Shown: positions 7,876-17,450 of the stretch, piece by piece
Numbering within the stretch: the first letter of the stretch is position 1
How the letters are laid out: each line of letters begins with the position of its first letter
NCBI GenBank assembly: GCA_030754315.1
Contig: JASMAO010000102.1
Location: forward strand, 1 to 35,511
DNA length: 35,511 bases
Reading direction: 5' to 3'
From: SAR202 cluster bacterium
Lineage (GTDB): Bacteria; Chloroflexota; Dehalococcoidia; Lucifugimonadales; JASMAO01
Translations under genes and position numbers: made by a program
Notes under the pieces: generated by a model
Seen by the model: the letters and a program-made list of their open reading frames with translations, nothing else
What the model was told of the DNA's origin: nothing
Databases searched by the model: none

Positions 7876-9200
7876 GAATCACCTCTACCCTTGAATCGCA
7901 TCCTTAGCCGACTACCTTTGAAGCCGTACATTTTTCGGATCGCGTTTTCCAAGTATCGTTGATATGAGAAGTGTACCATGTCAGTTCTGTTAACGTAGAA
8001 TGTGAAACTTGGTGGTCCTTTCGTATCTTGTGTGACTCCATATATTTTCAGAGATCGTTTGCCTGTTGGAGATGGAGGGTGTGCTGCAACAGCTTCGAGG
8101 ATTACTCGCCTAAGTTCGTAGCGAGGTAAACCTTTCTGCCATTCGTGCTGGACATCATATGCCGTACTCATCACTTCCTTGATTCCTGTTCCAAGAATAC
8201 CTGATATGAAACATATCGGTGTATATGAGGCGAACTTGAATCTGCTTGTTACGATTTCCATTGCCTCCTGTTTCGTGATATCCAAGTCAGGAGCCTTATC
8301 CCATTTGTTCACCACTATGACCATTGCCTTGTATGCATCGAGTATATGAGAGGCTATGTGGGTGTCTTGGCTGGTTGCTAGTTCGGTGGCGTCTAGCAGA
8401 AGTATCGAAACTCTAGCCCTATCTATAGCTCTGATAGACCTTAGAACGCTGTAGTGTTCTAACCCTTGCTCGACCTTGCCCCGTCTCCGTATTCCAGCGG
8501 TGTCTATCAGTAGCACCGACCGGTTCTCATATTTGATTAGCGTATCCAGAGCGTCCCGGGTTGTTCCGGGGACATCACTCACAATGGCCCTGTCTTGGCC
8601 CGTGATTCGATTCACTAAGGTAGATTTGCCGACGTTTGCACGTCCAACTATTGATAGGCTTAGGTCAGCTTCAGGTGTTGGATGCTCGGATTTAGATGGA
8701 AACCGAGCTAACACACGGGTCATTAGGTCATCAATGCCACTATTGTGGTAAGCGCTGATCGGTGTTGGTTCACCGAGACCTAGTGAGTAGAATTCTGTTG
8801 CAGCCAACTCACGCTGTGCATTATCAGATTTGTTAGCTGCTATGATGACAGGTGTATCAGTTTTTCTGAGAATGTCAGCAACTTCGCCGTCTGCTGGTGC
8901 AATGCCCGTCTCGGCGTCTACCGTAAAGACAATGACGTCGGCGAAATTGATGGCTTGGACAACCTGTTCTCTAATTTTTTGCCAGATCTCGTCATCGTCT
9001 CCTAACGTAATCCCTCCTGTGTCTACCAAAATGAAATTGCAGTTACCCCATTCAGTCTCTGTTGTAATGCGGTCGCGTGTTGTTCCTGGAGTGTCCGACA
9101 CTATAGCGGAACGAGCGCCAGATAGCCGGTTGAAGAGCGTTGATTTACCGACATTCGGTCGGCCTACTATGGCTACTAGGGGTTTGGATTCGTTGACCAT
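7872..9200 (-). CDS. der: Ribosome-associated GTPase Der (EngA), two G domains plus a KH-like C-terminus
   Basis: Two P-loops (GRPNVGKST and GRANVGKST), two DTGG/DTAG motifs and NKSD/NKWD motifs. Confidence 0.95.
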   Translation of the reverse strand: MVNESKPLVAIVGRPNVGKSTLFNRLSGARSAIVSDTPGTTRDRITTETEWGNCNFILVDTGGITLGDDDEIWQKIREQVVQAINFADVIVFTVDAETGIAPADGEVADILRKTDTPVIIAANKSDNAQRELAATEFYSLGLGEPTPISAYHNSGIDDLMTRVLARFPSKSEHPTPEADLSLSIVGRANVGKSTLVNRITGQDRAIVSDVPGTTRDALDTLIKYENRSVLLIDTAGIRRRGKVEQGLEHYSVLRSIRAIDRARVSILLLDATELATSQDTHIASHILDAYKAMVIVVNKWDKAPDLDITKQEAMEIVTSRFKFASYTPICFISGILGTGIKEVMSTAYDVQHEWQKGLPRYELRRVILEAVAAHPPSPTGKRSLKIYGVTQDTKGPPSFTFYVNRTDMVHFSYQRYLENAIRKMYGFKGSRLRMRFKGRGDS

Positions 9201-9215
9201 TGGGGCTAGAGTAAG

Positions 9216-10127
9216 TTAATTGGGATGGAAAAGCTCGGCTAATATTGCTTTCTGTGCATGGAGGCGATTCTCTGCTTGATCAAACACTACGGATTGAGGA
9301 TGGTCTAACATGGCCTCGGATATCTCCTCACCTGGGTGAGAAGGCATGTCGTGCATGAATATAGCGTTGGATTTGGCTTTGGACATTAAATCTTCATTGA
9401 CTTGGTATCCTTGAAAGGCGTTCAAACGAGTTGCCCTTTCACTATCTTGCCCCATACTAATCCACACGTCTGTGTAGACTACATCGGCATCCTGCACTGC
9501 TTGTACAGGAAACTCTACCCATTCGATTCTTGCGTTAGTAATAGATGCACGTTGCATGGCCTTTCCCCAAATCGCAGAGGGTATCTGGTAATCTGGCGGA
9601 CTTGCCATTATGAAGTCAGCTCCCATGGATGAGCAACCCAATGCCAGACTTCCCGCTACATTATTGCCGTCACCCACGTAGGCAATACGAAGGTTGTTCA
9701 TGACACCCTTGTTTTCATAGATGGTAAGTAAATCACCCATTATTTGACAGGGATGTTCGAGATCGGTCATTCCGTTGATGACGGGGATTGATGTGTAATT
9801 TGCTAGCAAAGTAAGGTTTTCTGGGGAAGGAACGCGTGCTACTATTCCGTCAACCCATCTGTCTAATACACGGGCGATGTCTTCAACGGGTTCCCGGACA
9901 CCCAATCCTATTTCGGATTGACCAAGATAGAAACAATCACCTCCCAATTGACGGATGCCTACTTCGAAACTAACACGTGTTCGTAGGGACGGATGCTCTA
10001 AAATGATGGCGATTACCTTTCCCTCGAGAACTCGCATGGGTGTGCCAGACTTCATCGCGCTTGCTTTTTGGATGAGTTTCTCCATCTCGTTGGGAGATAA
10101 GTCAGCAACTGATAAGAAATTTTTCAT
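9216..10127 (-). CDS. argF: Ornithine carbamoyltransferase homologue with atypical catalytic motifs
   Basis: The HPCQ, YVGDGNNVA, DVWISMGQ and FDQAENRLH motifs resemble Bacillus ArgF. However, it has SLRTR where STRTR is expected and HDMP where HCLP is expected. The start at ATG 10127 (MKNFLSVADLS) fits the family N-terminus. Confidence 0.75.
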   Translation of the reverse strand: MKNFLSVADLSPNEMEKLIQKASAMKSGTPMRVLEGKVIAIILEHPSLRTRVSFEVGIRQLGGDCFYLGQSEIGLGVREPVEDIARVLDRWVDGIVARVPSPENLTLLANYTSIPVINGMTDLEHPCQIMGDLLTIYENKGVMNNLRIAYVGDGNNVAGSLALGCSSMGADFIMASPPDYQIPSAIWGKAMQRASITNARIEWVEFPVQAVQDADVVYTDVWISMGQDSERATRLNAFQGYQVNEDLMSKAKSNAIFMHDMPSHPGEEISEAMLDHPQSVVFDQAENRLHAQKAILAELFHPN

Positions 10128-10282
10128 AGGTGTTATTTTACCCTGAGGCGGATGATATATTACCGTCTGGGAAACTCGCAAGAAGATAAGCAGTCATCGA
10201 TTCCAGAAACCCCTTGGCTATACTTTAGCCTATTTAAACGTAACGATTAGGTAATAAAGATGAGTATTCCTTACCCCCTAGG

Positions 10283-11428
10283 TTAGTAACTCTGAAAGAG
10301 TTTACCCCAATCCGTTTTCATTGCGGCGCGGACGCGTCTGCGACCTATTAGAGGTAACCAGTAGTTGTTGTGGTAGATATTCGATGCTATGAATGACCAG
10401 GGTGTTATTCGAGACCGGAGCAAGAAGTTTTCCAGTCTTTTAAGCGGTCCCCAGTAGATCAGCTTCTGCCCGTGGCTTGCAAGGGTGTTCTCGCTGTTTG
10501 TGAAGCCCCAGTTGATACCTGCTATATCTTCTCCAACTACCTCAATTTCGTCGATCTCTCCACACCCTAAGCCCTGCTCATGTGCTAGTCGTATGAATTT
10601 TATAGACATGGGGTCAAAACCCATAATCTTGGCTGAGACGGCATCGATGGCAACTTGATCGGCGCTTGCTAGGAGGAGGTTCTTGGCGTGCCACCGCATT
10701 GCTCTCGGTCCAGGACCATCTCCAGCAAATGATCCATCTGCCACGGCGAAGATGCCTGGATGGAGTTCTTTTTGAATCTTGAGCAAGTCTACTAGGGTTT
10801 CATGAATCACCGAATGGGTCCAATGCCGATTGTTGTTCAACAACCCACCAAAAGCGTTTTTCATGGCTCCAGTCAGAGTCGTAAAAACGTGTGTTTTCAT
10901 GGTAGGTAGGTGAACGACGTTTTTACCCGCAAACATCTCTGGTATTTCGAATCCGTCGGGAAAAACTTTGTCCAATACCAGCATCTTTGTTTTAGGATGG
11001 TATGGTATCCATCTAGCTGGTGGGAAATCCAAAAAAACGCTTTCCAGGCCGTATTTCTCTTCGACGATCTTATGCTTGTTGTTCTTAGCGCCTTCAATAG
11101 GATCGACAACTACAGTACCGTTATGAATGGGGATCAACTCGCCGTAGCCATCCGATTGCAGTCTTTTGATGACACCTTCGAATTGCCATGGCGTGGTTGA
11201 GCAGGCAGGATAATAATGTTGCCAAGATATGTTTATCTTAAGCAGCGTTGCCAAATCATTCGGGAGGTGTGCGCGGTAATCTGCCATGGCCATTACATTG
11301 CCTATGTCTTCGAGTACTGAAGATGGGCGAGTATGGAGAACGGCAACCTTGGATCTGGTTGGTGAAGTATTTGGACGGGCCTTTTCCATACTTGCTTTCT
11401 GGTTTGTGGGCAAGATTACCTCTGTCAT
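10283..11428 (-). CDS. DUF362-family protein of unknown function
   Basis: The 381-aa ORF has a compact coding look. The ADGSFAGDGPGP and GLLNNNRHWTH segments are recalled as DUF362-like. The start is ambiguous among M1, M14 and later Met codons. Confidence 0.55.
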   Translation of the reverse strand: MTEVILPTNQKASMEKARPNTSPTRSKVAVLHTRPSSVLEDIGNVMAMADYRAHLPNDLATLLKINISWQHYYPACSTTPWQFEGVIKRLQSDGYGELIPIHNGTVVVDPIEGAKNNKHKIVEEKYGLESVFLDFPPARWIPYHPKTKMLVLDKVFPDGFEIPEMFAGKNVVHLPTMKTHVFTTLTGAMKNAFGGLLNNNRHWTHSVIHETLVDLLKIQKELHPGIFAVADGSFAGDGPGPRAMRWHAKNLLLASADQVAIDAVSAKIMGFDPMSIKFIRLAHEQGLGCGEIDEIEVVGEDIAGINWGFTNSENTLASHGQKLIYWGPLKRLENFLLRSRITPWSFIASNIYHNNYWLPLIGRRRVRAAMKTDWGKLFQSY

Positions 11429-11754
11429 TGTGGTCTCGTGGTCACTTCCGATTAAGTGCTACAGACAATTGTACTGAAAAACTATTGTCTTGGTGGTCTT
11501 TGATTATGCTGAGCATCGAATAATATGAGGGGAGGAGAACTCACAACAATTGCAGGGCTAGTATTTGAGAGCATGTTAATCGTTCCAGAAGCAGGCGATA
11601 TTTAGTGTATCCTACGCAGAGGGATCTGGACGATTCGCAAGGGATGACTTTCTCTACAAATCAGTCTGATGGGAACGTACATTTTCAGAGCAATGCCATT
11701 TACCATCGGGTGAATGTATTCTTGTAGAGTAGGTTATAAAGGTTTCTTCATAAG

Positions 11755-12282
11755 GTGGTGCTATTGCAAAGTTATTGGTTGGTGGGGGCGGGGTTTTTGA
11801 TCACTGTTTTACTGGCGATCGGTGTAGTGGCGGGATTGCTGGTTAACGAACAGGATCTTGAAGAGGACATACCGGAATATGCGGTGCAGCAGTTTCTGAA
11901 GGCTGTGTCTAAACAAGATTACGAAGAGATTCATTCATTATTGTCTAACAAGTTCGAAAATTGTAGTGTGGAGGATTTGGTAAGCGAAGGTGTTGAAATC
12001 AGCAGAATGGTAAGGGATCAGCGCGTTACTCTAGAACACACACAGTATGTGGAAGGGGTCGCTATAGTAAGGGTACGGATAACAGAATTCTCATCTGATG
12101 GACCATTCGGATCTTCTGAAAATTCTCAAGAGCAAGCCTATAGTCTTCGAAAGGAATGGGGCTTGTGGAAGTTCACTAAGCTCCCATGGCCCTACTACAG
12201 TTGTGGCTATAGCTCCCCTATGACACTCCCTGTGCTGCCTTCAACTCCAATCCCAGAGCGTCCACAGGGACATGGTCGGTAG
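11755..12282 (+). CDS. Hypothetical N-terminally membrane-anchored protein
   Basis: One N-terminal TM helix (WLVGAGFLITVLLAIGVVAGLLV) is followed by a roughly 110-aa soluble domain and a Pro-rich tail. Possible starts are GTG 11755, GTG 11758 or TTG 11764, after AAGG. Confidence 0.5.
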   Translation: MVLLQSYWLVGAGFLITVLLAIGVVAGLLVNEQDLEEDIPEYAVQQFLKAVSKQDYEEIHSLLSNKFENCSVEDLVSEGVEISRMVRDQRVTLEHTQYVEGVAIVRVRITEFSSDGPFGSSENSQEQAYSLRKEWGLWKFTKLPWPYYSCGYSSPMTLPVLPSTPIPERPQGHGR

Positions 12283-12376
12283 ATAGAATGGAGTCAAAAT
12301 CATTTTGAAGGGTTATTTAATTGGCTACGTATTTGTGTAGGACTCCACAAATTTTCCAAGTGGAGATGATGGTGTA

Positions 12377-14179
12377 ATGGACTTCTTCACCTTGGTCGTT
12401 TTTACGATTATCGTTGTTTTAGGAGGAATTCTCTATGGCATAGTAGCTCTGACAAGGCGTACTCGTGGTCTCGGGGAGATCGATCGTGGTATTGGCACTG
12501 TGCGCAGGCTTTATTTTTATATTGTCTCGATCGTGGCATTAATGATGGCTGCCAATGGAATGGCACTGGTCGTAGGATTCCTTCTGGATAGTCTGATTGG
12601 TCCTGCCACGCTCACCGGTACTTCGGTGCGGCTTGCTACTGGCCTGTCACTCACTGTCGTAGGAATTCCATTGTGGGTGATTCATTGGAGGATCGTTGTC
12701 CGGCAGGTAGTTGAGATACCTGTTGAAGAACGATCAGTAATACGGAAGGTATATTTATATTCGATCCTTGGCGTATCCCTTACCTTCGCGATGAGTGGGG
12801 CGATAGGAATACTCGAATGGAGTTTCGGGACGTCTAGTTTTAAGGGATGGTCGTTTGCTGCGGTAGCAGTCTTCACTGCGGTCTGGTTGTATCATTGGAG
12901 GCTAGAGAATGGAGAAGGACAGTCTACTCCCGAGACAACGGCTGTAAGAAGACTCTATCTGTACATAGTTTCTGCAGTCACTCTTATCATAGCGGCCTCA
13001 ACATTTGCACAAATCATCAACGCTGTTTTGCTAGATGCATACGAGATCATGATGGCGACAGTGGTTCTTCGCCCCGGGGAATCTGTGCCCTGGAATGATG
13101 TGGTTCGAGGATATTTGGGTACTGCGTTGGTGTCAGCTTCCGTTTGGGCAATCCATTGGCTTTACTTTGCTCGGAGAGATGTAGGTTCGTTACTGAGGAG
13201 TATATATGTCAACCTTCTCGCGATTTTCGGTGGTATTGTTACTGTTCTATTTGCGCTTGGATTTCTAATATACGGGGGTTTAATCTGGGTTTTTGGAGTG
13301 CCGGATGAGATATTCGCATCGTCCCATTTTCGTTTTGCGCCCGGTGCTATTACCTCGATAATAGTAGGATTGTCTGTTGCTATCCACCACTGGATGGTTG
13401 CATCTGATGAGATAGGAATTCATGTTGGTCAAGCCGACAGCTTTCGACGGTCCTATGCGTATGCGTTTGCTGGGATTGGTCTCATTGGTCTCGCTTCGGC
13501 AATTGCTACGTTGGTCGTGATGATTGTTGGTATAGTTGAGGTTGGTGTTGAAGTAATCACTGGCAGCGACTTATGGCGCAACTCTCTAGCGTTTACTCTG
13601 ACGATGGGTGTGATTGGAACTCCACTTTGGGGTTGGTACTGGATTTGGATACAGCGCCGGGTAGGTACAGGCGTTCTCGCAGAGCGGATTGCGATCCCGC
13701 GCCGGATTCTCATTTTTGCTGTGCTTGGGTTGGGTGTTCTCGCTTTACTTGGGGCGCTCAGTTACTTAGCCTTCATTGTCTTTCGGGAATTCTTGGATGG
13801 AGATATGTCGACTGTACTGAGGCACTCAAAGGAGAGCATTGGGATCATCGTTGTAGCAGCAGTGTTCTTGCCGTATCATTGGTTTCTATACCGAGCAGAT
13901 AGGCGGGTAACTCGAGAATTAGTTGATGTGAGCCAGGACAGTCCGCGCAAGGCTGTAACCGTGATTGTAGGTGATAACGGCATGGCATTTGTTCGCGAAC
14001 TCCAAGATGCTCTAGGTTACGGAATCAGTTTCCTGCAACGTGCGGATCCGAATACGGAGACTTCGGATATTTCAGGCCTAGATCTCCAGGAACTGGTACA
14101 GCGTATCAATAATGCGCCGGTTCGTAATGTACTACTAATCCCGGACGTTACTGGTGTGACGGTTCTTTCCTACCGGTGA
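12377..14179 (+). CDS. Polytopic membrane protein (about 13 TM) built from six repeats of a 2-TM hairpin, plus a C-terminal soluble domain of about 85 aa
   Basis: Each of the six units starts with an R-[RK]-h-Y-h-Y-like motif and ends with W-x-h-H-W-[RL]. I could not recognise a catalytic or transport family. Confidence 0.75.
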   Translation: MDFFTLVVFTIIVVLGGILYGIVALTRRTRGLGEIDRGIGTVRRLYFYIVSIVALMMAANGMALVVGFLLDSLIGPATLTGTSVRLATGLSLTVVGIPLWVIHWRIVVRQVVEIPVEERSVIRKVYLYSILGVSLTFAMSGAIGILEWSFGTSSFKGWSFAAVAVFTAVWLYHWRLENGEGQSTPETTAVRRLYLYIVSAVTLIIAASTFAQIINAVLLDAYEIMMATVVLRPGESVPWNDVVRGYLGTALVSASVWAIHWLYFARRDVGSLLRSIYVNLLAIFGGIVTVLFALGFLIYGGLIWVFGVPDEIFASSHFRFAPGAITSIIVGLSVAIHHWMVASDEIGIHVGQADSFRRSYAYAFAGIGLIGLASAIATLVVMIVGIVEVGVEVITGSDLWRNSLAFTLTMGVIGTPLWGWYWIWIQRRVGTGVLAERIAIPRRILIFAVLGLGVLALLGALSYLAFIVFREFLDGDMSTVLRHSKESIGIIVVAAVFLPYHWFLYRADRRVTRELVDVSQDSPRKAVTVIVGDNGMAFVRELQDALGYGISFLQRADPNTETSDISGLDLQELVQRINNAPVRNVLLIPDVTGVTVLSYR

Positions 14180-14281
14180 ATATTGATATCGATCTGCTCT
14201 ATCTGAACGCTTTTCCACTGGAGTTGTTGACCGTAGATGACGTGCTACACTGAAGCTACCCTACAGGAGGCCCACTAAGGT

Positions 14282-15142
14282 ATGGCACGCATTCATGTAC
14301 TGGGTGCAGGGACACCGACACCGACGCCTACAAGATTCGGTTCTGCGTTCGCGGTTGAAGTTGCAGGCGAAAAGCTCATGGTGGACTGTGGCCCTGCTGC
14401 CACTCATAAGCTCGTTAAAGCGGGGCTCTGGCCAACTGAAATCGACTACATCTTCTTCACCCACCATCATTTCGATCATGATATAGATTACCCTTGTTTT
14501 TTGTTATGCAGGTGGGATCAGAGCATCGGCAAGGAAAACCAATTACAAGTCTATGGGCCAAATCTCACCGAGAGCATAACAGAAGGTATTCTGGGTGAGG
14601 ATGGAGTTTTTGCCCATGACTGGAAGGCACGAATTAATTTTCATGTCAGTCAGAAAATTTTTGAAAATCGTGGAGGAACCCTACCTCGAAGACCACCTGA
14701 TGTTTTGGCAAAAGATGTAGGCCCAGGAAAAATATTTTCAGGGAACGAATGGGAAGTGACTGCCGCGCCAGCCGAGCACGCTCAACCCTATTTGGATTCT
14801 CTGGCGTATCGTATTGACAGCCCTGATGGGAGCATGGTTTTCACTGGTGATACACAGCCATGTGAATCTGTGGTAAATCTAGCCGCGGATGCTGATGTCA
14901 TGATGTGCATGTGTTGGGATGACCAGGTCCTTATGGATGCCAATGGGGAGGCACCGTTCCAATGCGGAACGATTGGAGCCGCGCGAATGGCTCAAGAGGC
15001 AGGAGTTAAGAAATTGGTGCTGACGCACGTTGGACCCCATTTATCGGAACATGGTCCCATGGAGAAAGGAATTGGAGACATCGAGGAAATATACGACGGG
15101 GAGATCCTGTTTTCAGAGGAGTTAATGAGAATAGATGTCTAA
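14282..15142 (+). CDS. MBL-fold metallo-hydrolase (RNase Z/arylsulfatase-like subgroup; substrate unknown)
   Basis: The HxHxDH motif is present as FTHHHFDHD, with further metal ligands downstream (FTGDT, LTHVGPH). AGGAGG lies upstream of ATG 14282. Confidence 0.8.
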   Translation: MARIHVLGAGTPTPTPTRFGSAFAVEVAGEKLMVDCGPAATHKLVKAGLWPTEIDYIFFTHHHFDHDIDYPCFLLCRWDQSIGKENQLQVYGPNLTESITEGILGEDGVFAHDWKARINFHVSQKIFENRGGTLPRRPPDVLAKDVGPGKIFSGNEWEVTAAPAEHAQPYLDSLAYRIDSPDGSMVFTGDTQPCESVVNLAADADVMMCMCWDDQVLMDANGEAPFQCGTIGAARMAQEAGVKKLVLTHVGPHLSEHGPMEKGIGDIEEIYDGEILFSEELMRIDV

Positions 15143-17313
15143 GGATCTTTGTTCTCGGTTTCTAATTCGTTATCGACCTGCCCTTCCTCTGGAATTGGCC
15201 CCTTGAATTTACAGACTGTGCATGCTCCATTTTCGCGTCCTGACGCTACAAGCAACTTGTTACATTCCGGGCAAGGTTGAGGCAAAGGCCGTCGGTTGAC
15301 AGCAAAATCACAGGCGGGGTAATTGGAACACCCATAGAATCTCTTTCCTCTGGGGCCCCTCTGGCGTCTTTCTACTATATCGGCTCCGTCCTCTGGACAT
15401 TGCACTCCTATTTTATTCAATATTGGGCGTGAATTACGGCAGTCAGGAAAGCCGCTGCATGACAGAAATCTACCAAATCTGCCAGATTTGATTACCATTG
15501 GTCGCTCGCATTTCTCGCAGACTTCTTCGCTCTCTTCATCTATTTGGTCTCGAGGAACACGTTCAGCCTCTCTGGTTGCGGTTACAACGGACTGATTAAA
15601 AGGATCGTAGAATTCTTTTAGCATCGGTACCCATTGTCGTTCTCCCGAAGCTATCTCGTCCAGATTTTCTTCAACTTTGGCTGTAAAGTCGACGTCTAAG
15701 ATATTAGGGAAGTGGGTCATCAGCAGATCGTTGACTGCAAAACCTAACTTAGTCGGAGAGAAACGGCCTTTTTCTTTGCGAACGTAATCTCTCTCCTGGA
15801 CTGTTGCTATCGTAGGAGCGTAGGTACTAGGTCGCCCAATTCCATTTTCTTCCAACTCTTTGACAAGTGTAGCCTCCGAGTATCGTGGAGGTGGTTCGGT
15901 GAAACGCTGATCCTTGGTTATCTTGTGGCAACTTAGCGCCTCGCCTTTTTTGAGTTCAGGGAGGTCAGTGGATTCAGTAGAGTCGTCGTTTACGGCATCA
16001 TCCCTGTCTTCCATATATACGGCTCGGAAGCCCGGGAATTTGAGAACTTGTCCTTGGGTACGGAAGTCATATTTTGCATTGGACTGAGATACGGCAGATA
16101 TATCTATAGTGGTACGGTCGATCAGGGCGTCAGCCATCTGACTGGCTAGCATTCTCCGCCAAATCATGCCATACAGTCTTGCTTGATCGTTATTGAGATA
16201 TGACTTGATGGATTCAGGTTCACGAGTAATCGATGTAGGTCTGATCGCTTCATGGGCTTCTTGGGCTCCTCGGGTTTTTTTGGTGAACATACGAGGACTT
16301 TTCGGGAGGTAATCGGGCCCGAAAGTGTGACCTATATAGGTTCTTGTTTCTTGTACTGCCGAGTTTGCTACTGTGGTTGAGTCGGTCCTCATGTACGTGA
16401 TGAGGCCGACGGAGCCTTCATTACCGATAGGAAGCCCTTCATAGAGCTGTTGAGCGACCGACATAGTACGCCGTGCGGTGAATCGTAGTTTTCGCCATGC
16501 CTCCTGTTGGAGGGTGCTGGTTGTGAATGGTGCAGTTGGACGGGTGCTGGTTTGGCGTTTGCTGACTGAATCTACCAAGAAATCTGCGTCATCTATATCG
16601 GTGGTTATACGGTTTGCTTCTGTGGCATTAGCAACCTTAAAGGAGCCTTTGTGTCCCTTCGGGCCTCTAAGTGTTGCGGTGAATTGCTGCAAAGCAGTGC
16701 CGTTTTGAGGCTGCTTGCCTAGTACGGCTTCTATCTTCCAGAATTCCTCGGGATTAAAAGCAAGATTCTCTCTCTCACGGTCCACTATTAGGCGCACAGT
16801 GATGGACTGGACCCTCCCAGCCGATAGCCCACGCCTAACCTTCTTCCATAGTACTGGGCTCAACTCGTATCCAACTAGCCGGTCTAGGACACGACGCGCC
16901 TGTTGGGCGTCGACAAGATTCTGATCTATCTCCCTGGGATTCTCAAAAGCCTCGCGAATCGCATCCTGTGTTATTTCATGGAAGACCACTCGTTTCACGT
17001 TTGAGTTTGCCATGTTGGCGGCATTGATCAGATGCCAGGATATGGCCTCACCCTCCCTGTCTGGGTCGGTGGCCAAATAGATAGTTTCTGCTTCTTTTGC
17101 AGCAGCCTTAAGTTCTGAGACTATTTTGCGTTTGTCGGACGGTATTTGGTAAGTTGGTTTAAAGCTACGGTCAGCGACTTCAACGCCGATCTTGCGGCGT
17201 GGCAGGTCTCGCACATGGCCCATGGAAGCCTTAGCCGTGTATTTCCCACCGAGAAACCGTCCGACCGTTCTGGCTTTTGCGGGTGATTCAACTATTACTA
17301 GGTCTTTTGCCAT
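15139..17313 (-). CDS. topA: DNA topoisomerase I
   Basis: TOPRIM N-terminus MAKDLVIVESPAKA, DPDREGE motif, active-site region LITYMRTDS, and C-terminal Cys4 zinc ribbons (CEKCERP...CSGFPDC and others). Confidence 0.95.
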   Translation of the reverse strand: MAKDLVIVESPAKARTVGRFLGGKYTAKASMGHVRDLPRRKIGVEVADRSFKPTYQIPSDKRKIVSELKAAAKEAETIYLATDPDREGEAISWHLINAANMANSNVKRVVFHEITQDAIREAFENPREIDQNLVDAQQARRVLDRLVGYELSPVLWKKVRRGLSAGRVQSITVRLIVDRERENLAFNPEEFWKIEAVLGKQPQNGTALQQFTATLRGPKGHKGSFKVANATEANRITTDIDDADFLVDSVSKRQTSTRPTAPFTTSTLQQEAWRKLRFTARRTMSVAQQLYEGLPIGNEGSVGLITYMRTDSTTVANSAVQETRTYIGHTFGPDYLPKSPRMFTKKTRGAQEAHEAIRPTSITREPESIKSYLNNDQARLYGMIWRRMLASQMADALIDRTTIDISAVSQSNAKYDFRTQGQVLKFPGFRAVYMEDRDDAVNDDSTESTDLPELKKGEALSCHKITKDQRFTEPPPRYSEATLVKELEENGIGRPSTYAPTIATVQERDYVRKEKGRFSPTKLGFAVNDLLMTHFPNILDVDFTAKVEENLDEIASGERQWVPMLKEFYDPFNQSVVTATREAERVPRDQIDEESEEVCEKCERPMVIKSGRFGRFLSCSGFPDCRNSRPILNKIGVQCPEDGADIVERRQRGPRGKRFYGCSNYPACDFAVNRRPLPQPCPECNKLLVASGRENGACTVCKFKGPIPEEGQVDNELETENKDP

Positions 17314-17414
17314 GATTCTTATTTATCTGCCTACCTGACAGTTGCCTCCTGCCTTACTCTAAAGCAGTTAGTGTTTTGTACATTCCGTACTAATCAAACT
17401 GATCTGTAATACTG

Positions 17415-17450
17415 TAACAAAATGAGAGACCACCAATGCTTGGTGGTCTC
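17415..17450 (-). terminator. Rho-independent terminator downstream of the tRNA-Ser pair and upstream of topA
   Basis: An 11-bp perfect stem (17426-17436 with 17440-17450) closes a 3-nt loop. On the minus strand it is followed by TCATTTTGTT. Confidence 0.55.

Noticed and set aside
7412-7894. 160-aa plus-strand ORF and other ORFs antisense to plsY, der, gpsA, topA, gatA, the acylase and similar genes
   Set aside because: Each is fully contained in a well-supported gene on the opposite strand and has no recognisable motifs or RBS. They are typical shadow ORFs.
15139-15142. Convergent MBL hydrolase and topA genes whose stop codons overlap (cTAa on plus, TAG on minus), leaving no intergenic terminator
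   Set aside because: The overlap is real but is a common compaction feature. It offers no evidence of function beyond possible transcriptional interference.
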